A DNA stretch of 62,995 bases, the filler included, from Licmophora abbreviata (lineage: Eukaryota), in assembly GCA_900291995.1 (NCBI GenBank). It is 16 parts of 16 records of this genome, joined end to end, with 100 filler letters (N's around TTAATTAATTAA, not from the genome) between each part and the next. Parts side by side here need not be neighbours in the genome. Positions count along the whole stretch, not along the records: positions 1 to 2,026 come from OLMU01001356.1; positions 2,127 to 5,468 come from OLMU01001357.1; positions 5,569 to 9,005 come from OLMU01001358.1; positions 9,106 to 14,124 come from OLMU01001359.1; 12 more parts are not named here. One strand, given 5' to 3'. The notes beneath the pieces are model-generated. The model was not told where the DNA came from. It made no database searches and saw nothing but the letters and a program-made list of their open reading frames with translations. Shown one piece after another: positions 1 through 11,227 of this stretch; positions within the stretch are counted from its first letter, which is position 1; each line of letters opens with the position of its first letter. The translations under genes and the position numbers were made by a program.

Positions 1-4
1 TTAA

Positions 5-41
5 GAAGATTATGAGAGTCTCATGGCCTCTCATAATCTTC
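5..41. repeat. Perfect 14-bp inverted repeat with a 9-nt loop
   Basis: GAAGATTATGAGAG (5-18) is the reverse complement of CTCTCATAATCTTC (28-41). Confidence 0.9.
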
Positions 42-920
42 GCCTTTTTACGTCACTCTAAGTTGTGCGGCTCACACCCGCCCAATCGTACGTCGGCCTG
101 ACGTTTCACATTACGTCTCGTTTCATCATGCTCCAACAGTCGGCACTCCACATTTTAAATAAAAACTCTCACATCATCACTCGCCATCGTCGTCACACCG
201 GCGCGCGCCGCGCTGGCGTTTTCTACGTATATAGTCATATGATAGTTTATTGAACGCGATAGCTTGGCCCGCGCGAGCCTCGGACGAAGCTCGGGGTCAT
301 ATATGCAGTGATGTTACTGGTTGCACTGGTACAGTTGCTAAAGTCCTAGTAGAGACGACCTGATCTTCAATGACAAGGGAAGAGCAGGGTTGAGGTAATA
401 AGGACGATATTAAGAGAAAACTGACCGCATGGTCGTTATCGCTGCCTAGATGGAGGACCTATCAGAATGTATGGTCTATAAGAAGCTTAGAAAATTCAAT
501 GAGCGGGCTATTCTTGGATCTCCTTCATTCTCATTGCGCTCCACTAAGTCCATTAATCATGAAGGCCTTTTCTAAAGTCTCTCGCAGAATGACATCCATG
601 GCATGGTAATGCCATAGATACCATCTAGCTCGCGATATCCAGGGCGTTCACCAAGGTAAATCCCGGAATATCGACTCCAATCCCCACCAGCCAAAAGCAT
701 CTTTCATATACCGCTAGTATCTCTAGAGGCGGTTCCAGAGTTTTGTAGAATGTAACGAGCTTCCAACAAGTCAACTCAACATCATTCGTACTCTTCCGAT
801 CTCTCCAGATACTTCATAAAGAAAGAAGTAGACGGCCCACGCGCCCAAGCGTGGAAGATTAAGTCGCACTGTGAATCCGACGGGTCGAGCTAGCTAGCCC
901 AGGTACGAGGTTCATTATCT

Positions 921-1857
921 TCAATCGACTCTTGTAACGACGACCCCGACGGACTGGTATCCATACTTGTTCTTTCGGTCACTTAATCCCGGTCCATGGT
1001 AGCAAATGTATTCAAAGTGAATGCGGTACACTCGACAAACCTCCATCCACGCCCGATACTCCCCATCTTCCCAGTTCTCGTAGTTTGCATACTCGTCAAA
1101 TACGATGACGCTACCTTTGATCAAAAGATTCCGCTTGCACATCTCGCTAAGAAATGATTGTGTCGATGAGTAGAGGTCGGCGTCTGCGTGGACGAAAGCT
1201 ATGGGAGAGTTGTGCGTGTCAAAAAAGACAGGTACCGTGTCCTGAAACCATCCGGGATGAAGGGCAATGTTGCTTGAGCTCTCTTGAAACTTTCCGAGAT
1301 TAAGTTTGCGCTGTACTGTTTCTATGCTGGGTAGAGCGCCCTTTAAATCAAACGTCCCCGCCTCAAACGCCAGCGTCTTACCGTCTTGTTGCGTCTGCCC
1401 ATTGTCCCAGTCTGATGAAGACACAAAAAGTGCATTCGGTTGGCGTTCAGAATCATACGAATAGGGCACACTTTCAACAGTTCTAGAAACAGCATTTGCT
1501 TTCTGTACCTTCTGGGAGACCCTCAAATGAATCAAAGCCGTGGAAGACGGCCGCATTATTGTTTTTCTGAGCATCAACAAAAACTGCCATACGTACGAGG
1601 TCTTTGCCCTTATGTACTCCAAATTCCAGGTATTGCCCGTCTCGTAGCTTGGCTTGATTCAGAGCAAAGCGAAGAACGCCTGCTCTCTTTCGAACTCTGG
1701 TGGCTGTCTGGGATATCTCGACGTAGAGATCGCGGGCCGTGGCGTTGACGATCCACCAATCTTCCTGTGATGGCACGCTTGTCAGTTTGGCATTCATTCT
1801 GTGACAGTCTCTCGCCGTCGAACTTTGCTTTTTCATACCAGAAGAGGAGATGCGCAT
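921..1857 (-). CDS. TylF/MycF/NovP-like class I SAM-dependent methyltransferase (2 exons; intron 1412-1508)
   Basis: Splicing GAA G|GT...CAG|AC joins two ORFs into LEFGVHKG...FHGFDSFEGLPEDW...GWFQDT...HADADLYSS...VIVFDEY, the motif set of TylF-like methyltransferases. Confidence 0.8.
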
Positions 1858-2026
1858 TTACCATTAATCAGTTTTAATTGACACTGATTCAAACGAGAAG
1901 GACTATGCAGTTGTATACGCAAGGGATGGACATTTAAGTGTGTGTGTTGTCATGAAGGGATGAGATGCGAGATGCGCTCACGTCTCACGTCGTGTAAGTG
2001 CCGTCTTATTCTTCATTTTCCATTTT

Positions 2027-2126
2027 NNNNNNNNNNNNNNNNNNNNNNNNNNNNNNNNNNNNNNNNNNNNTTAATTAATTAANNNNNNNNNNNNNNNNNN
2101 NNNNNNNNNNNNNNNNNNNNNNNNNN
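2027..2126. other. Artificial scaffold spacer N44-TTAATTAATTAA-N44. Others at 5469-5568, 9006-9105, 14125-14224, 16940-17039, 18749-18848, 23044-23143, 29963-30062, 37450-37549, 43406-43505, 50277-50376, 52714-52813, 59270-59369, 60411-60510, 61693-61792
   Basis: Identical 100-nt cassette with a six-frame stop linker occurring 15 times, often inside genes. Confidence 0.99.
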
Positions 2127-2305
2127 AAGCTTCGTGCGTCAGCAGACTATCGTACTAGTTCCTGGTACTGAAAACAACATGTACATAGCTACATGATTTT
2201 TGGTATAGAAAAAGCTATGCGTAAAGACTACACAGCTGCAGTACTGACTCGCCTCCACCGACCACAAAGCAAGGGAAAGCCTCGCGTTTGTGGTGGCGAT
2301 TCATC

Positions 2306-3577
2306 ATGGCGACTTCTCTCCGGATATTGGGCCGAAGGGCCATTCCTCGTGCCACCGAAATGTAAGAAGATCGTTGCATAGTGTTTCGTACTCAAAAGGA
2401 AAGAAGAAGGCGCTGAAACGACCGGAAACGACCTTTGTGAAGTGCCGCTTGAGCATCGGTGGGTCGATGTTGAAGATCCACACCGCACGAAATTCCCAAT
2501 TCCCCCTCACAAATGGCCGAAGGCGACAAAAGGCAGGCGTTGCCTTGTTGCATCACATTGCACCCCCATGTACGAACACATTCTCACCCACCCTCTTGAT
2601 ACATTGCTCATAGGCTGTCACAACAGACTCGCGGGATGGCCACTGAGAAACAGAGTGAGTGTCTCACAGACGAATTTTCCCGTGAAGTGTTCCCCTTGCG
2701 TACTGCCATGACACTCAACCCTTTTCCGCCTTTCTCGTTTATAGTTCTCATGCAGATCAACTCGACCAAGAATATCAAAAAGATCACTTCTTCGATGAAA
2801 ATGGTCTCCGCCGCCAAGTTGAAAGGCGATGAGACACGTCTGGCTCTGGCCCAGCCGTTCAATGCTTGGGCCATGAAGCTGCACGGCGAACCTCAGATGA
2901 TTGAGGATGCAACGTTCGAAGAACTTCCGCAGAAGGTTCTGCTCGTCCCCTTCACGACGGAAAAGGGTCTCTGTGGTGGTGTCAATACGTTCATTACCCG
3001 AGGAGTCAAGCAATGCCTGACTGCTCTGAAGGAGCAGGGCAAGGAGGCGGATATTGTCGTGATTGGAGACAAGGGCCGGGGTCAGCTGCGTCGTACGCAA
3101 GGAGATCATATCGTGCGATCTGCTACAGATGTCGTTGCCCCTGCGACGTATTCGCTTGCGGCTGCCTTAACATCGGAGATTTTTGCTGCGGGCGGTGCCA
3201 CCGACTACGATGCCATTGTGCTCATCTATAACTCGTACGTGAACCCTGCTGTCTATCACCAAAAGTACAAGGTGGTCTCTCCTTTTATCCAAGAAGGTGA
3301 AGAAGGCGAACCGCTTATGGAATACGAGTACGATGGTGACAAGAAGGAAGTAATGGCTGACATGTACGAATATGCCGTGGCATCTCAAGTATTCCACAGT
3401 TTCATGGATGGAGCAGCCGCCGAACAGGCGTCGCGTATGACGGCCATGGAGAACGCTTCCCAGAATGCAAATGACATGATTGACTCGCTGACGCTGCGAT
3501 ACAACCGTGCTCGTCAAGCGCGTATTACGACCGAGCTCATTGAGATTATTTCGGGAGCATCGGCGCTGGATGAATAA
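2306..3577 (+). CDS. ATP3: Mitochondrial F1 ATP synthase gamma subunit (introns 2362-2613 and 2655-2744)
   Basis: Spliced N-terminus MATSLRILGRRAIPRATEMLSQQTRG-MATEKQILMQINSTKNIKKITSSMKMVSAAK (Arg-rich presequence). KGLCG motif and C-terminal RMTAMENAS...YNRARQARITTELIEIISGA. Confidence 0.96.
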
Positions 3578-4127
3578 TCACAAGACGCTGGAGGATCTGG
3601 CAAACAGATTAGGAGTAAGCCTGTAAGAGAAAAACAAACAATGAAGGATTTTGTTAGATCATTTATGAATATATATTATGCAATCGCTAGGTCGAGTCGA
3701 CGCTATATCACAAATTGCAAGAGCCAATGCGAGGCTAGCGTGGCCCAATTCAGTGGACGTGGCATCAATTATAGGTCTAACATGTCGGCATCACACTGAT
3801 GCTCGTGCGCAAGGAGGACGTTGGATGGAGGCATCAACAGTATAGCGAGCTATTTTCATCTTGAATACACACCTCCGCCGACCACACCGACGGCCTCGCA
3901 TGCAAAAAAATCAAAAATGAGTACGAGCGCCATACAGACCATAGAAACGCTGCTGACCGCTGATCGAGTGTGTCGTACCAACTCGAATCTATTTTTGAAT
4001 TCCGATCATCCCATTACATTGATGTTGTCTCGGGGGATTCAATGAGAGTTCTGAGCACTTGCACGATAGTCAACGCCTCTCGTTACCTCTCCACTCCTCT
4101 TATTCCCTCCTCTATCTCTCTGGAACC

Positions 4128-5699
4128 ATGGCTCGTGGTGTATCGTCATCGCCAGGACCTCCCGCGCCGCGTCACCGTCGCACATTGAGCTCGGCCGAGA
4201 CGACCACATCTGTCACCGTGTCGAGTGCATTTGATGGCGGAAACATTCAGTTCGTCGACTCCAAGACAGACGGATCTCATACAGAAATGACTCTTCGTAT
4301 CCAACCTGATCCGTGAGTGCCCAAGTGAATGGTATGGGCGTCGGGCGCCAATGCAGTTAATCAATTCTGACTTTTTCGTTTTCACTGTTTCCAATGTATG
4401 CGGATTGCACAGCTATACGGAACTGGAAAAGACAAATCATTTCATGTACTTTAACTTTCGTGCCACAGTGTCGCTGCATGACCAAGACGAGTTTCATACC
4501 GTCAAGTACGTCGTTGAAAATGCGGGCCAGGCGAGTTTTCCGAACGCTTGGTCCGGTAGCACCGTGTTTTCCACTACGACCCATGCCGACCCTGACTCGT
4601 GGACTCGCATGCTGAATACGAGTTATGAGGATGGCAAGTTGTTTTGGACACAAAAGCACACGTCCAGTGGTAGTACGTACTTTGCGCACTTTCCACCCTT
4701 TTCTTACGAGCGACACTTGAATCTTATCGCCAAGTGCTCGCAAGCGGAAAATGCCAAGGTCCTGTCTCTTGGACAGTCGTTGGATGGACGTGAGATGGAA
4801 TGTATTACGGTCGGCACTGGTGAACGAATCTGTTGGATTATTCATCGACAGCATCCAGGAGAGACAATGGCGGAATATTTCTGCGAAGGGGTACTGAACC
4901 GTCTCTTGGGACTCAACACGAATGGTAGTGTCGATGGAACTGCCAATCGTGCGCTGCAGCTGTACACCTTTTACATTGTTCCCAATATGTGTCCCGACGG
5001 TAGCGTCAAAGGATACCTGCGCACCAACTCGTGCGGGGCTAATCTGAATCGAGAATGGGCGCCCACTGGCGCCGAGGACGATGCTGACTTCTACGAAGCC
5101 CCTACGATGGAAAGGTCACCCGAGGTTTGTGTGGTATTGCGCACCATGGACGAGACGGGCGTGGATGCGTTTCTGGACGTTCATGGTGACGAGGAGATCC
5201 CTTTCAACTTTCTTGCAGGTGCGGAAGGCATGAGCAACTGGGGCGATCGCCTGATGAGCTTGCAAGGAGCCTTCTTGGCGGCTTATTGTCGCGCCAACTT
5301 TGACATGAATCAAGAATATGGCTATCCTCCGGACGACCCTCACGTTGGACCGCTCAACATTTGCTCCAATCAGATTGCTCAACGCTTTGATTGCCTAGCA
5401 GCAACGCTGGAGATGCCCTACAAGGACTGTCTATCGAACCCGGACCCTATTCGCGGATGGACACCCGCNNNNNNNNNNNNNNNNNNNNNNNNNNNNNNNN
5501 NNNNNNNNNNNNTTAATTAATTAANNNNNNNNNNNNNNNNNNNNNNNNNNNNNNNNNNNNNNNNNNNNCGTCTGTGTTGGATGCTTTGATTTACGTCCAC
5601 CCGTTCGTGCGAGCCGAAGGTGAGTTCTGGAAGGACTTTCCGGAAGCGGATGCCTATGTCCGTCCCACAAATACGTACGAAGCAGAGCTGAAAGAATAG
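4128..5699 (+). CDS. M14-family cytosolic zinc carboxypeptidase (CCP/Nna1-like, compact bacterial type). Intron 4313-4412; interrupted by spacer 5469-5568
   Basis: AFDGGNI N-domain, RQHPGE zinc motif, PNMCPDG, NLNREW, LDVHGDE, TLEMP. The frame resumes after the gap (SVLDALIYVHPF...ELKE*). Confidence 0.88.
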
Positions 5700-5951
5700 G
5701 ATAAAAGCCAGTGACTGTAAAAGTTCCGGATTTGTAGAGCGCCTTCTATTAAGACAGCTCGTTGAAAGGATGATCATGCATCCCCAGGCTTGGCATCTCA
5801 CGAATCCACCCAATTCCTACCTTCGAGCAACCGACCACAGTGCGTACATTCTGGTCGCGCGTATCGACACGCTAGAACTCGACTAGGACATGCCCCCCGC
5901 CCACCCGTCCGGTAAATACCGTCTGTCCGACCGAATCATATGAAGTATAGT

Positions 5952-6770
5952 TTAGGCTATCACTGTATTCAATCCACATCCGTCACAGACTGCAATTAGG
6001 GAATCAATTTCTCTTCGTTGGGTCATCATAAACCAAAGTACTCCCCCAGACGGACAATTTGCTGCGTGCGCCTCATACGTCGATCGAAGCTTGTCCCGCA
6101 GATCAGCAAACGAGAGATCTGGTGCTGACAGTCCAAGCGAGCAAAAACTAGGGTGATTGGGACAGACAATCGCCTCCTCAGACTGTAGGAGAAATGCCGA
6201 CTGACAAATAGGGCAAAGTACCAGATCATGCTCTGGTCGGTCCGCTTCAGTAGTCTCCCAGTTTTCAAAGTCGGAGATCTGATCCTCGATATGCTGTCGT
6301 TCTAGAATGTCGGCCAATTCCATTTCTTCCATGACTTGGGCGTCACGCTGTAACTCTTCTTCGACTTCTTGCATGAGCTCGTACATTTCCGCCTCGCTGA
6401 TCGTGTATTCTTCCAGTACCTGGTCAAGCGGCTCGTCTACACGTGACGACATTGTCTTGTCATTGCCATCGCCGTCCAGCATTATGGGCACCAGCGATGG
6501 CGTACTTGCCGAGATCTCTCCACGCTGTATCAATGACGGCGACTCTAGCACGATGCCACTCTCATGCAATTCTTCTTCGACAAGCCTTCTAGCCGTATTT
6601 TGGTCAACGGCATCATCCGGCTGCAGCCGTCGCCCCCGCCAGACTCGGTCGTGACGCTTCCGTCGCGCTCGCTCCAAACAGCCCGCCTTGAGACTTTCTT
6701 TCCATGACGACGGAGAAGGAGTTTTCAATGATCTTCTTGCGTAAGGCGGATTCATGTCTCTCCGTCTCAT
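5952..6770 (-). CDS. RPAIN: RPA-interacting protein (RIP/RPAIN); start uncertain
   Basis: N-terminal WKESLKAGCLERARRKR, acidic middle, C-terminal zinc finger CPICQ...C...C...H...C...CDGC. Confidence 0.78.
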   Translation of the reverse strand: MRRRDMNPPYARRSLKTPSPSSWKESLKAGCLERARRKRHDRVWRGRRLQPDDAVDQNTARRLVEEELHESGIVLESPSLIQRGEISASTPSLVPIMLDGDGNDKTMSSRVDEPLDQVLEEYTISEAEMYELMQEVEEELQRDAQVMEEMELADILERQHIEDQISDFENWETTEADRPEHDLVLCPICQSAFLLQSEEAIVCPNHPSFCSLGLSAPDLSFADLRDKLRSTYEAHAANCPSGGVLWFMMTQRREIDSLIAVCDGCGLNTVIA

Positions 6771-6978
6771 ACCAGGAGTATTAGTACTCCAATTGGCGAT
6801 CCCATGGTCGACCCTGCTGCGCCTCAGTTTTTTGTGTGACTTTTGCAATTTGAACGAGGTCTGCTTCCAGGTTTTTACCGATAGACCTCAACCAGCACCG
6901 CGGCGCGACTCATCTTTTGCTTTGAAAGAGACGACCTAAAAGGAGGAGAGAACATAATGCAAGACCTCAAACTTTGTA

Positions 6979-8613
6979 CTATGTTGCATAGAGATCAAAC
7001 GTGAATATTTGTAGGCCAAAGCTGTACAGCTTGACAATGACAGATCGGACGAATTCCACCTTGTCGATCGAATCGTCGTTCTGGAGTCGACTCGAAAGGC
7101 TGACCAACGCTGTCAACAGGGATCGAAACTCTGCCTCGTAGGAAGCTCCCGGAGGATTACTGATCGCGTACGACTCAACGCATAGGTCATATTCGGCAGA
7201 ACCCACGCAGCTGTCCACGCCACCCGAAAGTAATGTCACGAGGAAACTACTTACGGGCCCTCTCACCGTCTCGTAGATTCCAAACAAAGCCGCGGCATTC
7301 AAGCACTTTCGAGTGTACAGCCTTGCCCATCCACGTAACGTCCTATTCCGAGATTCTTCTCTTTTCTGTTTTGTACCGTACTCGGTGTATCGGTAAATCA
7401 AATCCGCGTACAGCTGTGATGACAGGGCCGCCAAGAATCCAAAAACGGCGCCTTCTATATTTTGCGACAGCAGTTGACCCCCCACCACCATCTTGCCACT
7501 AAAGTCGGCCTTGAGCACGTCGTACTCTAACCATTTCGTAATATCTGAAAAGATTTCGGGAAAATCAAACCCGGGGCCTTTGTTGATTGGAACAAGTGCT
7601 TTCGGGTCAACATTCCTCGTCGCACCAGACACTGCCGTAGCCGCCGATTGCTTTCGGTTCATGAGAGAACTAAAAAAGCCGGCTTTCGCTCGCGATCGAT
7701 CTTGTTCTTCCCGCAGCAATTCTTCCAGCAATGCAGCTTCTTCGATCATAGACGCCTTTCGCTGCGACCCAAGCTTGACCAGCTCGTACGGTACCGACGC
7801 TAGGATGGCACTCGTGACGCTTGCCAGCAACGGCGGCAAACCGATCGCTTCGAACAATGGCAGAGCCGCCGCTCGCGTGAAAAAATAATCTCCATCCGCA
7901 ACGGCTTCACTAAACACTGCCCATCGGTTTTCTGCTTGCCTGCCGATCGAACGTTTCGTCTCTCTGGACGCACCTCCGACTTGCTCGTTTAGAACTGAGG
8001 CCGTTTCGCTCAAGCGAAACAAGAGCGAAACCGCTGCAGTCGCCCCCGCCCCAATGACACCAGCAATGCCTTCCCCCAACGCGACGGAAAACACGTCGGC
8101 CGTTGTACGAGGGACTGCAGCAGTGTACAGGTTGTCCGCGACACCCTCCAGAGCATTCTCTAGTTGTCCAGTATCAACCAAGAGCCGAGACAGCTCCGTA
8201 GCATCATCACCGTTTAGAGCTAAAAAGTAGATCACGCCAAATGAGAATCCCAGTCCTACAGCAGACATTGTAGCCATTTCCACTTCAGACAAGTCTCGAG
8301 GCGAGATCGACGGGGGAAGGACTTGGGCCGGTCCCTCCTCGTATGGCGTATCTCGCTCATTGGCATCTCGTATACGCGTCGCCGCCTGCGTCGCTGCAAC
8401 AACCGAGGATGCCGAGTCCTGGATAGAAGATGTTCGCGCTCGTATTGTAAAAGGCCAAATATCTGAAACTCCTGTCGCTGATTTTTCATCGCTCGCCGTT
8501 GCGCGAAGCAGCGGCAGCATCATCCTGACGTGCCGGCCACTGTGGAAACAAGATAGATGATTCGTGGGAGCAAACGCCAAGGCCCATCTGGCACGTATGG
8601 ACACAGTAATCAC
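6979..8613 (-). CDS. Uncharacterised, probably plastid-targeted membrane protein; true start likely ATG ~8687 via a homopolymer indel
   Basis: 544-codon ORF with a hydrophobic leader ending WALA-FAP (ASAFAP-like), several hydrophobic helices and one PYELVK motif. Confidence 0.65.
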   Translation of the reverse strand: MITVSIRARWALAFAPTNHLSCFHSGRHVRMMLPLLRATASDEKSATGVSDIWPFTIRARTSSIQDSASSVVAATQAATRIRDANERDTPYEEGPAQVLPPSISPRDLSEVEMATMSAVGLGFSFGVIYFLALNGDDATELSRLLVDTGQLENALEGVADNLYTAAVPRTTADVFSVALGEGIAGVIGAGATAAVSLLFRLSETASVLNEQVGGASRETKRSIGRQAENRWAVFSEAVADGDYFFTRAAALPLFEAIGLPPLLASVTSAILASVPYELVKLGSQRKASMIEEAALLEELLREEQDRSRAKAGFFSSLMNRKQSAATAVSGATRNVDPKALVPINKGPGFDFPEIFSDITKWLEYDVLKADFSGKMVVGGQLLSQNIEGAVFGFLAALSSQLYADLIYRYTEYGTKQKREESRNRTLRGWARLYTRKCLNAAALFGIYETVRGPVSSFLVTLLSGGVDSCVGSAEYDLCVESYAISNPPGASYEAEFRSLLTALVSLSSRLQNDDSIDKVEFVRSVIVKLYSFGLQIFTFDLYAT

Positions 8614-9438
8614 ACAGACAGCTATCCCTGTAGTAAACCACCGTCCATGTACCGTCTTACGGGGGGAAGGTGTCTACCAGGCCGCATGGTACCGATGCTG
8701 CTGCGTTGCTGACGACGTGGAAAAGAAGCCAAAAAGAGAAATCGGGAAAAGTGGTGTTTCTTAAAGGAATCTTCTCCGCACGATCCTGTCAGCAGCGGCC
8801 CTTGTGAGTCCTTCGTGTTGCCTTTCTACTCCAGCTTTGCCACTTCATCCGTGTATTGCAGCTTTTGCTTGGCAATTTTTGTGCCCATCATCTTCGTCGG
8901 TATCGTATCTCTTTTCTTTCGAGCCTTTTTCGTTCGGACTGACTTTTTCGCGCACACAGGAGTGTCGCATTCAGTCGTGCTAGCCATAAGTGAAGTCTAC
9001 GTACANNNNNNNNNNNNNNNNNNNNNNNNNNNNNNNNNNNNNNNNNNNNTTAATTAATTAANNNNNNNNNNNNNNNNNNNNNNNNNNNNNNNNNNNNNNN
9101 NNNNNCTCGACTGACTCCTATAGGTGTCCAGACTATTTCAGGCCTTCAGAAGTCTAGATAGCAAGACGACCGGTACGGGGTGATTCGATCTTCGATTATC
9201 ATCCTCACACATCTAAAGAGGGAGAATCCATAGTATGACCCAGATAGCAATAGCGAACGAGAATGCGATGGCATCTACCGGCTAAATTTGCAAACGTCCA
9301 GTTTCTCTAGTAGGATGATAGCTCTATGTGGTCTAGTCGCGCAATTGTCAGAATTGTGGCTATCTTGCAGAGTACGTTGTACACGGGTTTCAGCTTGCTC
9401 TCCATCCTTCTCAACAGACAACGCATGCTCAGTCTTCT

Positions 9439-10852
9439 CTATTCGTAGAGCAGGCGGTCGGGGATCATGTCGCATCCGGCAGCCTCGGCCTGCTTGAAGT
9501 GTGCGTCATGCCAGACGCCAACTTGGACTTCTCCAATGTGGCTTGTACGAAGCAAAAGCATCAGCAAACGAGAGATTCCAATGCCTCCCCCATAGCAAGT
9601 GGGGAGACGGTCCTCAAGAACTGCTCTGTAGAAAGGCAAGTCTTTCTGGTGAGCCTGACCACGATGCTCCAACTGAGCCATGAGCGAGTCCTTGTTCACG
9701 CGGATTCCCTGCGAAGATAACTCGTGGCGGTACTCAGTGAGCGGGTGCTGCTCAAGTCAGGAACCAAATGTAAGTTAGTTTCACTGGGCAAAGTGGATTG
9801 GAAAACATTTAGACATTCTTCGTTCGAATCGATCGTCTCACCTGCACCATAATGTCACCATTTAAGTTCCAGTCGTCGTACCCTGGGGCTCTGACTTCCT
9901 CCGCAGCTGTGCCGTCGCTCATCGGCCATCCCATACCAATAATAAAGACAGCGCCGTACTTTGTCACGATCGCATCCTCCCGCCCGTGTACGTCAAGGTC
10001 GGGGAACTCATCGTGCAGCTCCTGCGACGTGACAAAGGTGATGTCTTTGGGAAGACGCTTTTCAGCGCTGGGGTGACCCTCCAAAAGAATCTCTGGGAAC
10101 TTTTCGAGGATGTAGTCCTCGCAGTCAGTTATGATCTTCCAGATGGTATGAACGTACTCCTTGAGAGTCTCGACGTTGCGATCTTTTTCATCAAGTCGGA
10201 TCTCATAGTCCCACTGGTCGGCAATGACCGAGTGTGTCACGTCGCCTTTGTAGCCCTTGCGGATCGAAGTGGAGGAGCAGTACATGCCTTCTCTACCCTT
10301 ACACTCGAGGCGGTGAAGCATGATACGTTTCCATTTGGCAAGGGATTGGACAACCTCACAGTCGATCTGGTACTGGAGGTCCTTCGGTCCATTGACTTTG
10401 TCGTCCACGATTCCACGCGGGATGAAGCGGTTAGGCACGATGAAGTCCACAGGACGCTTCGACTCCGATCCATCCAGCTCATCGTTGACCCCGGTGCCTT
10501 TCACAAATGCTAGTGGCGCTGTGTGCTGTTGCGCCGCGGATGGGAAAAGTTGTGTGAGTGAGAAGCGACCACAAATGTTGTCGAGCGGGTCAAGTTCACT
10601 CAAACAGGGCTTGCTTCATCTTACCTTGACTACGTTGAGGTCCTTTTCAAGCCTTGCTTCCACGAATCTCTTGATGCTCGTAGAGGCGCGCTGGATGTTG
10701 AGACGGGAAAGCCGGTGGGTTGAGTTGGCTTCGCGGTTTCGAGGCGGAGGAAGCACGCCATCTGGCAGGTACGTCTCCTCATTCTCCACACGTTCTTCCA
10801 GATAGTTTGGCAGAAGCACGGCTACGGTGTCTTTTTTGGGGTTTGGGGGCAT
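9439..10852 (-). CDS. asnA: Aspartate-ammonia ligase (asparagine synthetase A; class II aaRS-like fold). 3 exons; introns 10526-10624 and 9748-9841
   Basis: EVVQSLAKWKR, DQWDYE, RAPGYDDW, LNGDI, ELSSQGIRV and GGGIGISRLLMLLL..HIGEVQ. GT-AG junctions keep the frame. Confidence 0.93.
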
Positions 10853-11227
10853 GGTTGATGGGGATACGTTCTTCTTGATGTTTTGTTTCTGATTAGTAGT
10901 CTTCGCTTGTTTGTTTGTGATTTTGTGAGCGCGGCTTGAGCGTCGCGAAAAGGCCCACACCGTTTGACACGGAGTGTGTCAAAAACAGACAGATGAGAAC
11001 CCCGAATCAAGCTTCGAATCTCACGTGGACTGTGGTACAGTCTGTCAGCCGCGAGTAATCATTATCCAAAGAATGAAGAATGGATGTCAATCACGAGTGT
11101 CAACAACCAAGACTGGACCAGTAGCATTCTGCATTCGCAAAATAGCTTGCTAGCATCGTCTTTAAACCCTTATCAGACTTCTACAATCGTAGCAAGAGCA
11201 TGATAGCGTAAATAAGCCCCTCTAGCT

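Noticed and set aside
921..10852. Bacterial contamination (TylF, CCP, AsnA)
   Set aside because: All three contain spliceosomal introns.
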